Shown here one piece after another: positions 20,187 to 30,860 of a stretch of 64,000 nt of DNA. Below the pieces are notes generated by a model. That model searched no databases, was not told where the DNA came from, and saw nothing but the letters and a program-made list of their open reading frames with translations. Where the stretch lies: contig JAFGJW010000007.1 in the NCBI GenBank assembly GCA_016928835.1, forward strand, positions 12,158-76,157, read 5' to 3'. The stretch is from Candidatus Woesearchaeota archaeon (GTDB lineage: Archaea; Nanobdellota; Nanobdellia; Woesearchaeales; GW2011-AR15). How positions within the stretch are numbered: the stretch's first letter is position 1; each line of letters begins with the position of its first letter. Position numbers and translations under genes: made by a program.

Positions 20187-22394
20187 TTATCCATAAAAAT
20201 CTCTCACAAGAGGCTTCACAACCTTCTCCCAGTCCTTATACTTCATCTTTATTGAATTTGTATGAGAACCAGCATTGAACACGATTTCTTTTTGTTTTTC
20301 TAAGGATTCATCAACATACGCTTTCATATCAAACAGATTGCCAAAAGGGGGCATTGCTCCTATACTCAAACCAGTTATTTTTTTTACTTCTTTTGCATTG
20401 GCCAATTGGAGTTTTTCAACTTTCAAAATCTTCTTAAGCTTATCACTATCAATTTTCTTAGCAGCAGATATTACCACCATAATATACCCTTTGCTTGTTT
20501 TAAATATCAGCGCTTTAGCACCCTGCTCTAATTTTGTTCCTCTTATTTTTGCAGCTTGCTCAGAGGTATAAACAGGCTTGTGGTGGTATTCTTTATACTT
20601 GATATTGTCCTTAATAAGTAAATTCCTTATCTCATTGAAAACATCCTTATATGCAGTTTTAATTTGGATATGCAACTCATCCAGCTGAGCCTGGTTGACT
20701 TGAGAGGGAGAACCAACCATTAATGACTCTGCATTTTTTGTCTTAGGAAAGGCAATAACATCCCGTATGGCAGCTTGACCGGTAATAATAGTAACCAGCC
20801 GATCTAAGCCAAAGGCAATCCCGCCGTGCGGTGGCGCACCATACTTGAAAGCATCCAGCAAAAATCCAAAATTCTCTCTTGCTTCTTTTTTTGGTATTTT
20901 AAGCACTTTAAATATTCTCTCCTGCAGTTTCGGATCATGTATCCTTATAGAGCCGCCCCCAACCTCATAGCCGTTCAGTACAACATCATATGCTCTAGCT
21001 CTAGCTTTCTCAGGACTTTTATCTAAAAAATTTATATCTTCCTGTTTAGGGCTTGTGAATGGATGATGGACCGCAACGTGCCTTTGTTCATTCTCATCAA
21101 ACTCAACCAAGGGAAAATCAGTTATCCATAAGAAATTGTATTTAGTGTCATCAATTAACTCCAGTCTTTTTCCCAGCTCTAATCTTAGTGCTCCGAGAGC
21201 AGTATTCACAACATGATGCTTATGATCTGCAACAAAGAATAGTATACCGCCTTCCTTAACTTTAGTATGTTTAGCAAGTTCTTCTTGTATCTTTTTGCTA
21301 AAAAACTTTAGGATATTTGACTCAAATCCATTTTTTGTCATCCTCATGGCAACTAGTCCTCTAGCGCCATACCTTTTTGCCAAATCAGTGAGCTCATCTA
21401 TATCCTTTCTTGAGAATTTGTTTTCAGCACTGATACATTTAACTGAACCATTATTTTTTACAGTCTCGCTGAATACCTGAAAATCGCAATCTTGAACAAT
21501 ACTGGTAACATCCATTAGCTGTAATCCGAATCTTGTATCAGGCCTGTCAGTGCCATAAGTGTCCATTGCCTCTCTATAGGTTAATCTCGGGAATGGCACG
21601 CTAACATCAAGTTTCAAAACATCTTTCCATATCTGCCTTAATAATTCTTCCATCAAATTCTGCACATCATCCTCCTCGACAAAAGACATCTCTATATCCA
21701 GCTGTGTAAACTCCGGCTGCCTGTCAGCCCTGAAATCCTCATCTCTAAGGCATTTCACAATCTGATAATACCTGTCAAATCCGCTAATCATAAGAATCTG
21801 TTTATACAGCTGAGGGCTTTGCGGCAGTGCATAGAACTTGCCTGGATGGATTCTGCTGGGAACAAGAAAATCCCTAGCACCTTCTGGCGTGCTCTTAGCA
21901 AGGAAAGGTGTCTCTATATCAATAAAATTATGCTCATTGAAAAAATCTCTTATTACTTTTGTTACCTTATGCCTTGTAATAAAAACACTCTGCAACTCTG
22001 GTCTTCTGAGATCAAGATACCTATATTTCAGCCTTGATTCGTCTGTTGTATTCTCATCATATACTTCTATCGGCAGAGTGTCTGCATTATTCAAAATCTC
22101 CAGTTTTCCGCACAAAATTTCTATGTCTCCTGTGCCAAGGGCCTGGTTCTTATCCTTTCTCTCTTTTACTCTTCCCTTAACTCTCACAACATCTTCTCTG
22201 TGCAGTTGTTTTGCATGACTATACAGTTTCTTGTCAGAATCATCAACAACTATCTGTGTTCTCCCGTATCGGTCTCTCACATCAAAGAACAAAAGATTTC
22301 CAAAGTCCCTCACCTTATGCACCCAGCCGCATAAGCTAACTTTTTTACCAATATGCTTTTTCCTTAATTCGCCGCATGTATGGGTTCGCATCAT
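20187..22394 (-). CDS. aspS: Bacterial-type aspartate-tRNA ligase with C-terminal YbaK/ProX domain
   Basis: MRTHTCGELR, LPQSPQLYKQ, GAD insert and GAPPHGGIAFGLDR, followed by about 150 aa with GAKALIFK, GAMPPFG and FNAG. Confidence 0.93.
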   Translation of the reverse strand: MMRTHTCGELRKKHIGKKVSLCGWVHKVRDFGNLLFFDVRDRYGRTQIVVDDSDKKLYSHAKQLHREDVVRVKGRVKERKDKNQALGTGDIEILCGKLEILNNADTLPIEVYDENTTDESRLKYRYLDLRRPELQSVFITRHKVTKVIRDFFNEHNFIDIETPFLAKSTPEGARDFLVPSRIHPGKFYALPQSPQLYKQILMISGFDRYYQIVKCLRDEDFRADRQPEFTQLDIEMSFVEEDDVQNLMEELLRQIWKDVLKLDVSVPFPRLTYREAMDTYGTDRPDTRFGLQLMDVTSIVQDCDFQVFSETVKNNGSVKCISAENKFSRKDIDELTDLAKRYGARGLVAMRMTKNGFESNILKFFSKKIQEELAKHTKVKEGGILFFVADHKHHVVNTALGALRLELGKRLELIDDTKYNFLWITDFPLVEFDENEQRHVAVHHPFTSPKQEDINFLDKSPEKARARAYDVVLNGYEVGGGSIRIHDPKLQERIFKVLKIPKKEARENFGFLLDAFKYGAPPHGGIAFGLDRLVTIITGQAAIRDVIAFPKTKNAESLMVGSPSQVNQAQLDELHIQIKTAYKDVFNEIRNLLIKDNIKYKEYHHKPVYTSEQAAKIRGTKLEQGAKALIFKTSKGYIMVVISAAKKIDSDKLKKILKVEKLQLANAKEVKKITGLSIGAMPPFGNLFDMKAYVDESLEKQKEIVFNAGSHTNSIKMKYKDWEKVVKPLVRDFYG

Positions 22395-22555
22395 TCTAAA
22401 TAGTAAAATAAATTCCAGTTTAAAAAACTTTTCAGAAAAAGAATAAGGAAAAATGAAATTGCCCCGCTGGCACATTAGTTAAGAGCAACGATCAATAGAA
22501 ATAGGGTGAATAAACAGTTGGAAATATTTATAAATCTCTGAGCTAATAAAATAAT

Positions 22556-24163
22556 GTGGTTAATCAACAATTGCTTGAATATTTTAAAAAAGGTATTTCT
22601 CAAGGAAACACTATTGAGGGACTAAGAGCGTTTTATTTACAGAATAATGTTCCAGAGCAAGATATCCAGGAAGTAATAAGTCATCTTGTCAAAGACAAGA
22701 ATGCAAAACCCAAAAGAATTCTAGCAGTTTTAGTAATAATTACAAGCTTTGTTGTGTTAGTATTAGTACTGTGTTATTTTTTATTTTTAAAGGATTATTC
22801 AAAAGCGGGCTCATTTAATTTTAGGCTTCTATCTGAAGAAGAGCTCAATAAGAGAGGAAGCTTTACAATTCCAGAATATGCCGCAACCTATGAACATCAT
22901 ATTAAGTACACTGGAACTGATGAAGAAATTGCCAATCTTATCGACTACTACTATGAAAATAAAAATAGCATTACAATCTACCACAAGAATAATAACTACA
23001 CAATCATAACCAATAACAAGGATTCAGAGACTATAAGAATAGAATATTTGGTAGGTGAAGACTACTACCTGTGCCAGACAGGAAATGAAACAGAGTGTTT
23101 TAGATCTTCTAATAAAAATATTTTCTTACTTATGCTACTTGAATTAGCAGATAAATTCAACAACAATATCTCTCAGTACCATATTCTCAGCTCAAGAACA
23201 AAAAATTTTTTAGGTGTACCAGGTGGTTGTTATGAATTCCAGCAAAATAATGATTACAGCAGTGAAACATTCGAACTGTGTCATGAACTACATGGGGTTC
23301 CTGTTTACTATAAAATTAATAAGCCCGATCTTGTAAACGAGATGGTTGTGAAAGAACTCACAAGAACAGTAAACGGGTTTGATTTTGAAAATGATCTGGC
23401 GATTCGCATTAAGCAGGCACAAAATCCACAGAATATTGTTGCTGACACACCAACAGAAGGTAATTGCAGATCAGATTGTACTAAAGGAGACGGCATTGCA
23501 TATCTTGAGTGTTCTGGAGTAAACGAATGTCTCACTGTTGATCCAAAGTGTGACCGTGAAAAGGTCAATCTTGTAATTCACGAACCCTTCTGCCATTTAT
23601 ATGGACCATATGACGAACTAGTAGAGTCATATCAATGCAGTTTTATTGACGGTCAGATATATGTAAGGCGTGAAGAAACGGCTCTATGTTACTATGGGTG
23701 TGAAGAAGGTTCATGTATACAGCCACAAAATGCATGTGCTGATGAATATGGAAAAATTCTGCCTATTCAAACGAGGTATTGTGAAGATGAAAAAGGCAAC
23801 TATTCCTTCACTGGGTGCTCAGGAGACACTGACATTTTTTACTGGTTCTGTGACAATGAACAAGATTGCAGAAGCTTGGGCAATACATGCTCATCAAATT
23901 TCTGCAAAGACGCTGTATGTTGGATGCCTATCCAATGTTCAGATAGCGATGAAGGACTTGATTATGCAGAGAAAGGTGAGATAATCATCAAGTATGCTAA
24001 TGGGGAAGACACTAGGGTTGACAAATGCTATCGGGAGTCTTATCCGAATCCGAATTGGCAAGACTCTAAATTATTAATGGAATGGTATTGTGTTGATAAC
24101 AAAGTTCAGTATAAGAGGTATGAATGTCCCAATGACTGTGTAAATGGAGCATGTATCAGCTGA
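22556..24163 (+). CDS. Membrane-anchored protein with Cys-rich extracellular repeats
   Basis: Single TM near the N-terminus; repeated C..GC..GxC and CSDSDEGLDY..KG units. Confidence 0.7.
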   Translation: MVNQQLLEYFKKGISQGNTIEGLRAFYLQNNVPEQDIQEVISHLVKDKNAKPKRILAVLVIITSFVVLVLVLCYFLFLKDYSKAGSFNFRLLSEEELNKRGSFTIPEYAATYEHHIKYTGTDEEIANLIDYYYENKNSITIYHKNNNYTIITNNKDSETIRIEYLVGEDYYLCQTGNETECFRSSNKNIFLLMLLELADKFNNNISQYHILSSRTKNFLGVPGGCYEFQQNNDYSSETFELCHELHGVPVYYKINKPDLVNEMVVKELTRTVNGFDFENDLAIRIKQAQNPQNIVADTPTEGNCRSDCTKGDGIAYLECSGVNECLTVDPKCDREKVNLVIHEPFCHLYGPYDELVESYQCSFIDGQIYVRREETALCYYGCEEGSCIQPQNACADEYGKILPIQTRYCEDEKGNYSFTGCSGDTDIFYWFCDNEQDCRSLGNTCSSNFCKDAVCWMPIQCSDSDEGLDYAEKGEIIIKYANGEDTRVDKCYRESYPNPNWQDSKLLMEWYCVDNKVQYKRYECPNDCVNGACIS

Positions 24164-24216
24164 ACCTCATCTATATTGACACAAGATATATAAAGAAACT
24201 ATTGTAGAATAGAAAT

Positions 24217-24570
24217 ATGAAGCAGATACTCAAGGCATTCATCTATAGCCTGCTGCTGGGGTTCATAGCTTTATATTCTGTCTCACAATTCTGGGAAAAG
24301 CCACTTGAGCTCACTCTCGGACTGCTTAGTTTAAGTGCGTTAATGTTATTAATTTCCAAAAAAAAAGAGGATTTGGTGCTGTTTGTTGTCTGCGGCGCTT
24401 CGGGAGCGATTGCAGAAATCATCGGCATATTTTTCGGTGCATGGAATTACTCGCTGCCCCAGCTCGGCATTATTCCATACTGGCTTCCTATCCTCTGGGG
24501 AATTGCTGCCCTTTTCGTTAAAAGAACATCACAAGAGATAGACGATTTTTTCAAGAAAAAGACTAAATAA
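24217..24570 (+). CDS. Small membrane protein (DUF2878-like)
   Basis: 4 TM segments; GAWNY and IPYWLPILWG motifs. Confidence 0.6.
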   Translation: MKQILKAFIYSLLLGFIALYSVSQFWEKPLELTLGLLSLSALMLLISKKKEDLVLFVVCGASGAIAEIIGIFFGAWNYSLPQLGIIPYWLPILWGIAALFVKRTSQEIDDFFKKKTK

Positions 24571-27388
24571 CAACAATCCCCGGCTTTCCGGGCATACCCC
24601 TTTTCCTTTCTTTGCTTTTTTCCCCCTTCTCCACTACCACATCAACTCTACTAAAATTACTGCTTATAAAATCCCGTGCTTCAACCAGTGCAGTATATTC
24701 TTTTTCCTGTGACGCTACATCTTCTACACTCTTGCCTGCTTTCATAATCTTCTGTAATATCTGTGCAATTTCTTTTGAATGCTTTTTAAATTCATCTCTC
24801 CTCATTGCTGCCTGCATCAAATCCTTGAACTCCCTGGAGGGCTGTTTTTGAAGCATTTTATACAGCTCATACTTCCAATTCTCAGAAACTATAAGCTTGA
24901 CCTGTTTTGGTTTTTTTATTTTGATTAACTTCAAAACCTCATTTATATCATATACAACATTTTCAATTGTCTTCTCCAGCACATCAAGCTCCTTGTCAAC
25001 AGCATTTTTATCATATTTGGGCCATGATGCTCCACAAATAAATCCTTTTTTACCTATAGTACTCCAGACCTCTTCTCCAGTAAAAGGTATAAAAGGCGCC
25101 AGCAGCAGTACCTGAGTTTCAATGGCTTTATTCATTATCTCTTTGTTTGGTTTTTCAGCTGTTCTCCTTAGGTACCATCTCATTATTCTCTGCATATCAA
25201 AATAGGCCCTCTGAAGTGCGCTTCTGAACATAGTCTGCTCCATACACTTAGTTGTATCTTTGATGCTAAGATTAATCTGGGACAGCATCCATCTGTCAAT
25301 AGTCCTCTTCTCATATATACCTCTGTTGTAATATTGTCCAGCAAAATTGATCAATTGTGTCAGTTTGTCCTTCATTGCCCTAGCCAACTCAGTATCCCAA
25401 TTTGCATCATCAAGGCCTTCTCCCCCAGAAAGTACGGTGAATCTGGAAGCATCTGCACCAAACTCTGATACCATAACTCTCACAGGGATAACATTTCCCA
25501 GTGACTTTGACATCTTCTGGCCGTCGACAGTAACCCACCCATTTAAACCATAGCTCTCTGGCCAGTGTTTTTCCGGGAATATGGCTGTGTGGTTGAAAAT
25601 GCAGAAACTCATATGATTCTGGATAAGATCTTTTCCAGTATTCCTGAAATCCATCGGGTACCAGTACAAGAACTCCTCCCTTAGTTCTTCTAATAATTTC
25701 TTGCCAACTTTTGATTTATCTTTATTTTTTCCCAAAAAAACATAATCAAAAAAATTATCATCAATTTTCTCTATATCAATATCCTTAATTTTGTGTGAGA
25801 TTGTGTAATATGCCATATATATTGTACTGTCTGACAATGATTCAATAACCCATTTCTTGTCCCACGGCAGTGGCGTTCCCAGGTCAGTTTCTGATTCGTG
25901 CGTGCAGGCCCAGTCATCAAGCCAGTCCAATACATAGTCAAATTGCGGGCGTACTTTTTCTGGGTATAGATTCATTCTATTGAGGCATTTATGAGCCAGC
26001 TTCTTCCACTCATTATTGCCATATGCCAAGAACCATTGGTCTGAGACAATCTTTACTTTAGCTTCTGTCAGGCATCTGCATATTACTTTTCCGGTTGGCT
26101 CGTACATAACATCTGCCCTGCCCTCTTTTATTAATTTACTCTTGATTTTTTCTTTGGCTACCTCTACTTTCATGCCTGCATAACCCCCACTATTCTTGGT
26201 CATAATGCCTGTATGATAGCCGGCCTTATAGATAATTTTTCTCGCTTCCTCCAATTTTGCCCTTTCCTTTTGGTTTTTTATTTTTCTGTCAAGGCAGATT
26301 TTTACGCCTGCCATGTCACCCCATTCCTTAGTCTTTATAATTGGGATAACCTCAATCTTTTTGATATCCTCCCAATTTAATCCGTATTTTTCGCATTCTT
26401 CTTTTGAATTCTGCAGATCTGTTAATCCCATGTAGTCATCAGGAGCATCACTTGGCACTGATGTAACAATTCCAGAACCAATGTCAGGGTTGCAGAAGCT
26501 TGAGGGCAAGATAATCAATTCTTTGTCAATACCAGGAGCATATGCATATTTTCCGATTATTTCTCCTCCATTTACTTTGCCGATCTCCTCGACTTTTTTA
26601 TCCTGCAGCTTGAGTTTGTCAGCACACTCTTTGCTGCAGATCCAATTTTCTTTATCATCCACCCTTATCTTAACATACTCAACCTTTGGATCAACCCATA
26701 AATTAGTCTGTCCGTATATAGTCTCAGGCCTCAGAGACGCGCAGACGATATAAGCATCTTCAAACTTAAACTTCAATAGTGTGTATTCCTGAGGTGTTTC
26801 TCCTTCTCCTGCAACTCTTGAATGGTCGCCGATAGGCATATTTTCTCTTGGGCACCAGATTACTGGTTTCTTGCCTTTTATTACATAACCCTTTTTCTTT
26901 AATGTCCTAAACTGCCACTCAATGAATTTGCTGTAATGAGGATTTAGAGAAGTGGTGATAAAATTCCTCCTCCAATCTATGGATAGACCAGCGTCTGTTA
27001 AATCATCTTGCCAGCCCTTTGAAAAGATCTTGATCCATTGTTTTGGCTCTTTAAATTTTTCAATTTGTTCCTCATTAAAACCCATCTGCCTTAGTGTAGA
27101 GATTTGCTTCTCTTCCCCATCGCTGACTCTTCTGGCTGCATTTATTATAGGTGAGCCAGTGCAGTGCCAAGCCTGCGCAAACAGCACATTATGGTCTGTC
27201 ATTCTCCTGTATCTCGCATAAGTCTCAACTCTCATCAGAGAATAAAAGTGGCCTATATGCGGAAAAAGATTTATATAGGGATAAGGGAAAGTAACAAAGG
27301 ATTTTTTCCTTTTGTCTGGCCTGTACTCAAATATTTTGGCTTCCTGCCATTTTTTAACCCATTTTTCTTCGATTTTTTTCCAGTTCAT
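24563..27388 (-). CDS. leuS: Leucine-tRNA ligase (archaeal type)
   Basis: TFPYPY..HIGH, SVPSDAPDD, IESLSDSTIYMAYY and KMSKS motifs. Confidence 0.96.
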   Translation of the reverse strand: MNWKKIEEKWVKKWQEAKIFEYRPDKRKKSFVTFPYPYINLFPHIGHFYSLMRVETYARYRRMTDHNVLFAQAWHCTGSPIINAARRVSDGEEKQISTLRQMGFNEEQIEKFKEPKQWIKIFSKGWQDDLTDAGLSIDWRRNFITTSLNPHYSKFIEWQFRTLKKKGYVIKGKKPVIWCPRENMPIGDHSRVAGEGETPQEYTLLKFKFEDAYIVCASLRPETIYGQTNLWVDPKVEYVKIRVDDKENWICSKECADKLKLQDKKVEEIGKVNGGEIIGKYAYAPGIDKELIILPSSFCNPDIGSGIVTSVPSDAPDDYMGLTDLQNSKEECEKYGLNWEDIKKIEVIPIIKTKEWGDMAGVKICLDRKIKNQKERAKLEEARKIIYKAGYHTGIMTKNSGGYAGMKVEVAKEKIKSKLIKEGRADVMYEPTGKVICRCLTEAKVKIVSDQWFLAYGNNEWKKLAHKCLNRMNLYPEKVRPQFDYVLDWLDDWACTHESETDLGTPLPWDKKWVIESLSDSTIYMAYYTISHKIKDIDIEKIDDNFFDYVFLGKNKDKSKVGKKLLEELREEFLYWYPMDFRNTGKDLIQNHMSFCIFNHTAIFPEKHWPESYGLNGWVTVDGQKMSKSLGNVIPVRVMVSEFGADASRFTVLSGGEGLDDANWDTELARAMKDKLTQLINFAGQYYNRGIYEKRTIDRWMLSQINLSIKDTTKCMEQTMFRSALQRAYFDMQRIMRWYLRRTAEKPNKEIMNKAIETQVLLLAPFIPFTGEEVWSTIGKKGFICGASWPKYDKNAVDKELDVLEKTIENVVYDINEVLKLIKIKKPKQVKLIVSENWKYELYKMLQKQPSREFKDLMQAAMRRDEFKKHSKEIAQILQKIMKAGKSVEDVASQEKEYTALVEARDFISSNFSRVDVVVEKGEKSKERKRGMPGKPGIVVI

Positions 27389-27570
27389 TTGTATGCACCT
27401 TAGTTATTTGCTAATTGTATATAAAGTTTATGCAAAGAAACAAGACAATGAGCTCACAGAACGAGCAACAACAAAAGGTCTAACCCATTGAGCTTCATGC
27501 AGATTGTAAATCAGGTGTAATATTTAAATGTTAGTGGTTTTGATAACTATATATTGAAGACAAGACAAAT

Positions 27571-28710
27571 CTAGACAACATTAAAGTAAGTTTTGCGGTC
27601 TGGAATAGGTTGACGTAGTCTTCTGAGGCCTACCCAGTTACTTGTAAAATCGGCAAGCCCACCAATTTGCCTAGCTAGGCTCTCAATTTCCTCTTCGATT
27701 AATGAATAGATACCAACAAATTCTTGTATACGTTGCTTTAGTTCTGGATCAATAATGCAATCAATCATCTTTATACATAGATTTGGTTTTATAGGGAGTT
27801 GACACTGATAATTCTGTTGTTCTGACCCCAAAAACTGACAATGTAAGCTTCCAGTTTCTGTTATGTAAACTGCAGGTCTAGAACCATGTTTCGCATCATA
27901 CCATATTAATGCCGCATTAAGAAGACCATATCTACCTGGCAAGGCCATCTCCATTACAGATCCATGACAGCATCCCCTTTCCATGCAATAATCATATAAT
28001 CCAATTTTTCTAAATTCTTCTTCAAGCTGTTGTTGGGCATTTTGCAGTGCCTTTGCCAATACTAACAAACTTGTTCTATAATTACCGCTTTTTATTTGAT
28101 TTGCCATTTTCCACTTATCTTCAATGTCCAGTTCGTTAAGGTTTCGCATTACTCGATCGTCATAATCATGAAACTTTCCACTAGTATTGGCATCTTCAAT
28201 TAGTACTAGATCATATAGAAAAGCTTCTAATATTTTTTCCCTTTCCTCCTGTGAAAGTGTAGACTCCCTATGAATAAGGCACTGAACTGGTGGTTGTATC
28301 TTTCTCCTACCTTTCAACCGGAAATACAAATCTTCGAACATTTTTCTTAGGTGTCTGTATATCGTGCTTTCACTTAGTCCAGCAAAGCAACTGATATCTG
28401 ATACTGGCATTTCATAGTCTTCAAAAAGCCGTTTGTATAGTGACTTGATACTATCAAATCCAAAAACATCATCTTCACCAAAAGGTTTAATATCTCTCTC
28501 AACAAATTCAAGAATTTTGCCAAGTCTTAAGTAAGCTCTAAATGAAAAATCATGCACCTGGCTTGAGACATAATTCCAAGGGTCTCCAGAAAACTGATCA
28601 GGAATAGGAACCATGGGATCTTCAAGATCTTTGAAACGACCGTTAACTTCATATTCCTTGAGCAGTGCTATAAGTACATCTTCTATTGTTATATCTGGTC
28701 TTAAAGGCAT
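27571..28710 (-). CDS. Hypothetical protein with HTH and C-terminal Cys cluster (YkgJ-like)
   Basis: AGLSESTIYRHL HTH; CMERGCC...CQFL...CQL..KPNLC. Confidence 0.55.
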   Translation of the reverse strand: MPLRPDITIEDVLIALLKEYEVNGRFKDLEDPMVPIPDQFSGDPWNYVSSQVHDFSFRAYLRLGKILEFVERDIKPFGEDDVFGFDSIKSLYKRLFEDYEMPVSDISCFAGLSESTIYRHLRKMFEDLYFRLKGRRKIQPPVQCLIHRESTLSQEEREKILEAFLYDLVLIEDANTSGKFHDYDDRVMRNLNELDIEDKWKMANQIKSGNYRTSLLVLAKALQNAQQQLEEEFRKIGLYDYCMERGCCHGSVMEMALPGRYGLLNAALIWYDAKHGSRPAVYITETGSLHCQFLGSEQQNYQCQLPIKPNLCIKMIDCIIDPELKQRIQEFVGIYSLIEEEIESLARQIGGLADFTSNWVGLRRLRQPIPDRKTYFNVV

Positions 28711-28802
28711 TTTTCACTATGAAAAATAAGTTATATATAAATGATTCCTTGCCATTAATAATATCAGGAAAATATGGATAAAGTAGAATTTGTAAAAAAA
28801 CC

Positions 28803-29003
28803 CTAGAACTTCTTAAACTGTGCCACTGTATCGATTAAATCAACATGGCCCATGAACATTGCCCTGCAGCAGTATCTCTCTAACCCAAGCTCATCCAACG
28901 TCTCTTTAACATTCTTTTTCTTATTATCTGTTTTTGCCAAGAAATCTTCCCACAGGTGTGCAATGGGCTTTCCACATGAATAGCATCTGACAGGGATAAT
29001 CAT
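28803..29003 (-). CDS. rpoN: DNA-directed RNA polymerase subunit N (Rpo10)
   Basis: MIIPVRCYSCGK and LGLERYCCR motifs. Confidence 0.96.
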   Translation of the reverse strand: MIIPVRCYSCGKPIAHLWEDFLAKTDNKKKNVKETLDELGLERYCCRAMFMGHVDLIDTVAQFKKF

Positions 29004-29055
29004 AGTCCCATGGAAACACGATTTATTTATAAAGTTTGCTGATTTTATATATAGC

Positions 29056-29610
29056 ATGAAAGTTTTCATTATTCACGGAGCTTATGGCTCCCCACAGGAA
29101 AATTGGATACCCTGGCTTAAATTTGAGTTAAAAAAAATAAAGTCTGAAGTGATCATTCCGGCGTTTCCAACACCAGAGGGCCAATCCTTAAAAAACTGGA
29201 TGAGTGTTTTCGAGAGATATTTGGAAGAACTGGATGAGGACACCATTTTAATCGGCCATAGCATCGGCGCCACATTTGTTCTTAGAGTTCTGGAAAAAAT
29301 AAAAAAGCAAATCAAAGCAAGTTTTCTTGTTGCTGGAGTATTATCTTACCTTAACATAGAGGAATTTGACAACATAAACAGGACGTTTATAGAGAAAGAG
29401 TTTAATACCAAAAAAATCAGACAGAACTGTAAAAAGTTCTATATTATCAACTCAGACAATGACCCATACATTCCGTTAGACAAAGCTGAAAGATTAGCTC
29501 AAGAGTTGAATACAAAGGTTATAATAGTAAAAAATGCAGGCCATTTCAATATAAAAGCAGGATATGCTAAATTTGAGTTCCTTCTAGAAAAGATTAAAAA
29601 AGAGCTTTAA
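29056..29610 (+). CDS. RBBP9/YdeN alpha/beta hydrolase
   Basis: IIHG, GHSIG, SDNDPY and AGHFN motifs. Confidence 0.88.
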   Translation: MKVFIIHGAYGSPQENWIPWLKFELKKIKSEVIIPAFPTPEGQSLKNWMSVFERYLEELDEDTILIGHSIGATFVLRVLEKIKKQIKASFLVAGVLSYLNIEEFDNINRTFIEKEFNTKKIRQNCKKFYIINSDNDPYIPLDKAERLAQELNTKVIIVKNAGHFNIKAGYAKFEFLLEKIKKEL

Positions 29611-29626
29611 ACCGTCATTGGATTTT

Positions 29627-30724
29627 TCATGACTTTGCCTGAGATTTTCTTTGTTTTATTTTTCTTGGCTTGACCTTACCGTTTATTGGGTAACGAAGCG
29701 ATCCATCTTTAACTCGGATAAAAGGAGGTAGTCCCTCTCTTGTTCTATCAACAGTTCTTGTTCCAAGTTCAGCATGACTTGCCAGTAAGGTGATAATTGG
29801 TTTCCCATATTCATCAATTAAAACATGGGCTGTGCCTAGAATCTCAGCAACATCGTCAGGAGTCATAAGCCTATCTAGATTTTCGCAATAGAAATAAACA
29901 GCTTCGCAGGGATGTACTCCAAGAGGTAAAGCTCCGACTGCATCATCCTTAAGTCGCCTTACTCGGTCAAATTCCCTTTTGGTAATGACATCTAGTGTAC
30001 AAGGAGTTCCCTGGAGATTACGTCCTTTTCTCCAAGGCTTTTCATGTTGCATTCTTAGCCATAGGTACCCAGGGTTTTGATCTTGTAAGTTTGATGCGTA
30101 TATTTGATGTATACCCTCAATTGAAACTACATATATTTCATACACCTCTGTATCAGTTGCATCACAACCCATCATTCGTTCCACCTCTGTAAGTAAATCA
30201 ACAGCTTCTTTTATATTTGGGTATGATTCGCTACCGATCACAACATAGGGTGAATCTCCATTTTGAAAGAAGACAGATCTCGCTAATCTTTCAGGTGTAA
30301 CTGCACTCAGTGTGCTCCGTATTGATAATTCTTCAGAATAGCGAACGTGTTCTAACAAGACATCTTTATTTCCTGGTCTGAGAGTAAACACAAATATACC
30401 AAGATCGGTTTCTTTAGCTAATGTAAAAGGTAACTGATCTATTTGATAATGAAGTATTGCCCGAATTATTTGACTTGCAACATCTGGAGGAACTGCCGAA
30501 GTTTCCTCAGCATGTATTCCGTATGTTCCTATCAAGGTGGCTAATCTCCCCCCTTCTAAATATACTTTCGAAGCCAAATCACCAGGTAATGAGACCAGGG
30601 TGGTTTTTGGATTCAATGAATCTTCGCCTATTTTCTTTGTCCATCCTCTCCGCCGATCTATAAGAACAACGAAACCGTAATCTTGAAAACTTTGGAAGTA
30701 AGGAACTGCATAATTTACAGTCAT
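29627..30724 (-). CDS. Hypothetical protein
   Basis: 365-aa ORF; TATA-like TTATATATAA about 25 nt upstream. Confidence 0.6.
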   Translation of the reverse strand: MTVNYAVPYFQSFQDYGFVVLIDRRRGWTKKIGEDSLNPKTTLVSLPGDLASKVYLEGGRLATLIGTYGIHAEETSAVPPDVASQIIRAILHYQIDQLPFTLAKETDLGIFVFTLRPGNKDVLLEHVRYSEELSIRSTLSAVTPERLARSVFFQNGDSPYVVIGSESYPNIKEAVDLLTEVERMMGCDATDTEVYEIYVVSIEGIHQIYASNLQDQNPGYLWLRMQHEKPWRKGRNLQGTPCTLDVITKREFDRVRRLKDDAVGALPLGVHPCEAVYFYCENLDRLMTPDDVAEILGTAHVLIDEYGKPIITLLASHAELGTRTVDRTREGLPPFIRVKDGSLRYPINGKVKPRKIKQRKSQAKS

Positions 30725-30860
30725 TTTAGGGCAGGGTACATAAAGGTTATATAATAACTTTTCGCTATACAGAAAAGGTTTTAGGATTTACCTAAGAAAA
30801 CATTAAAAAAGAGCTTTAAATTCTTTAAGTCTATTTTATCATAACAATTATAATTTACAA

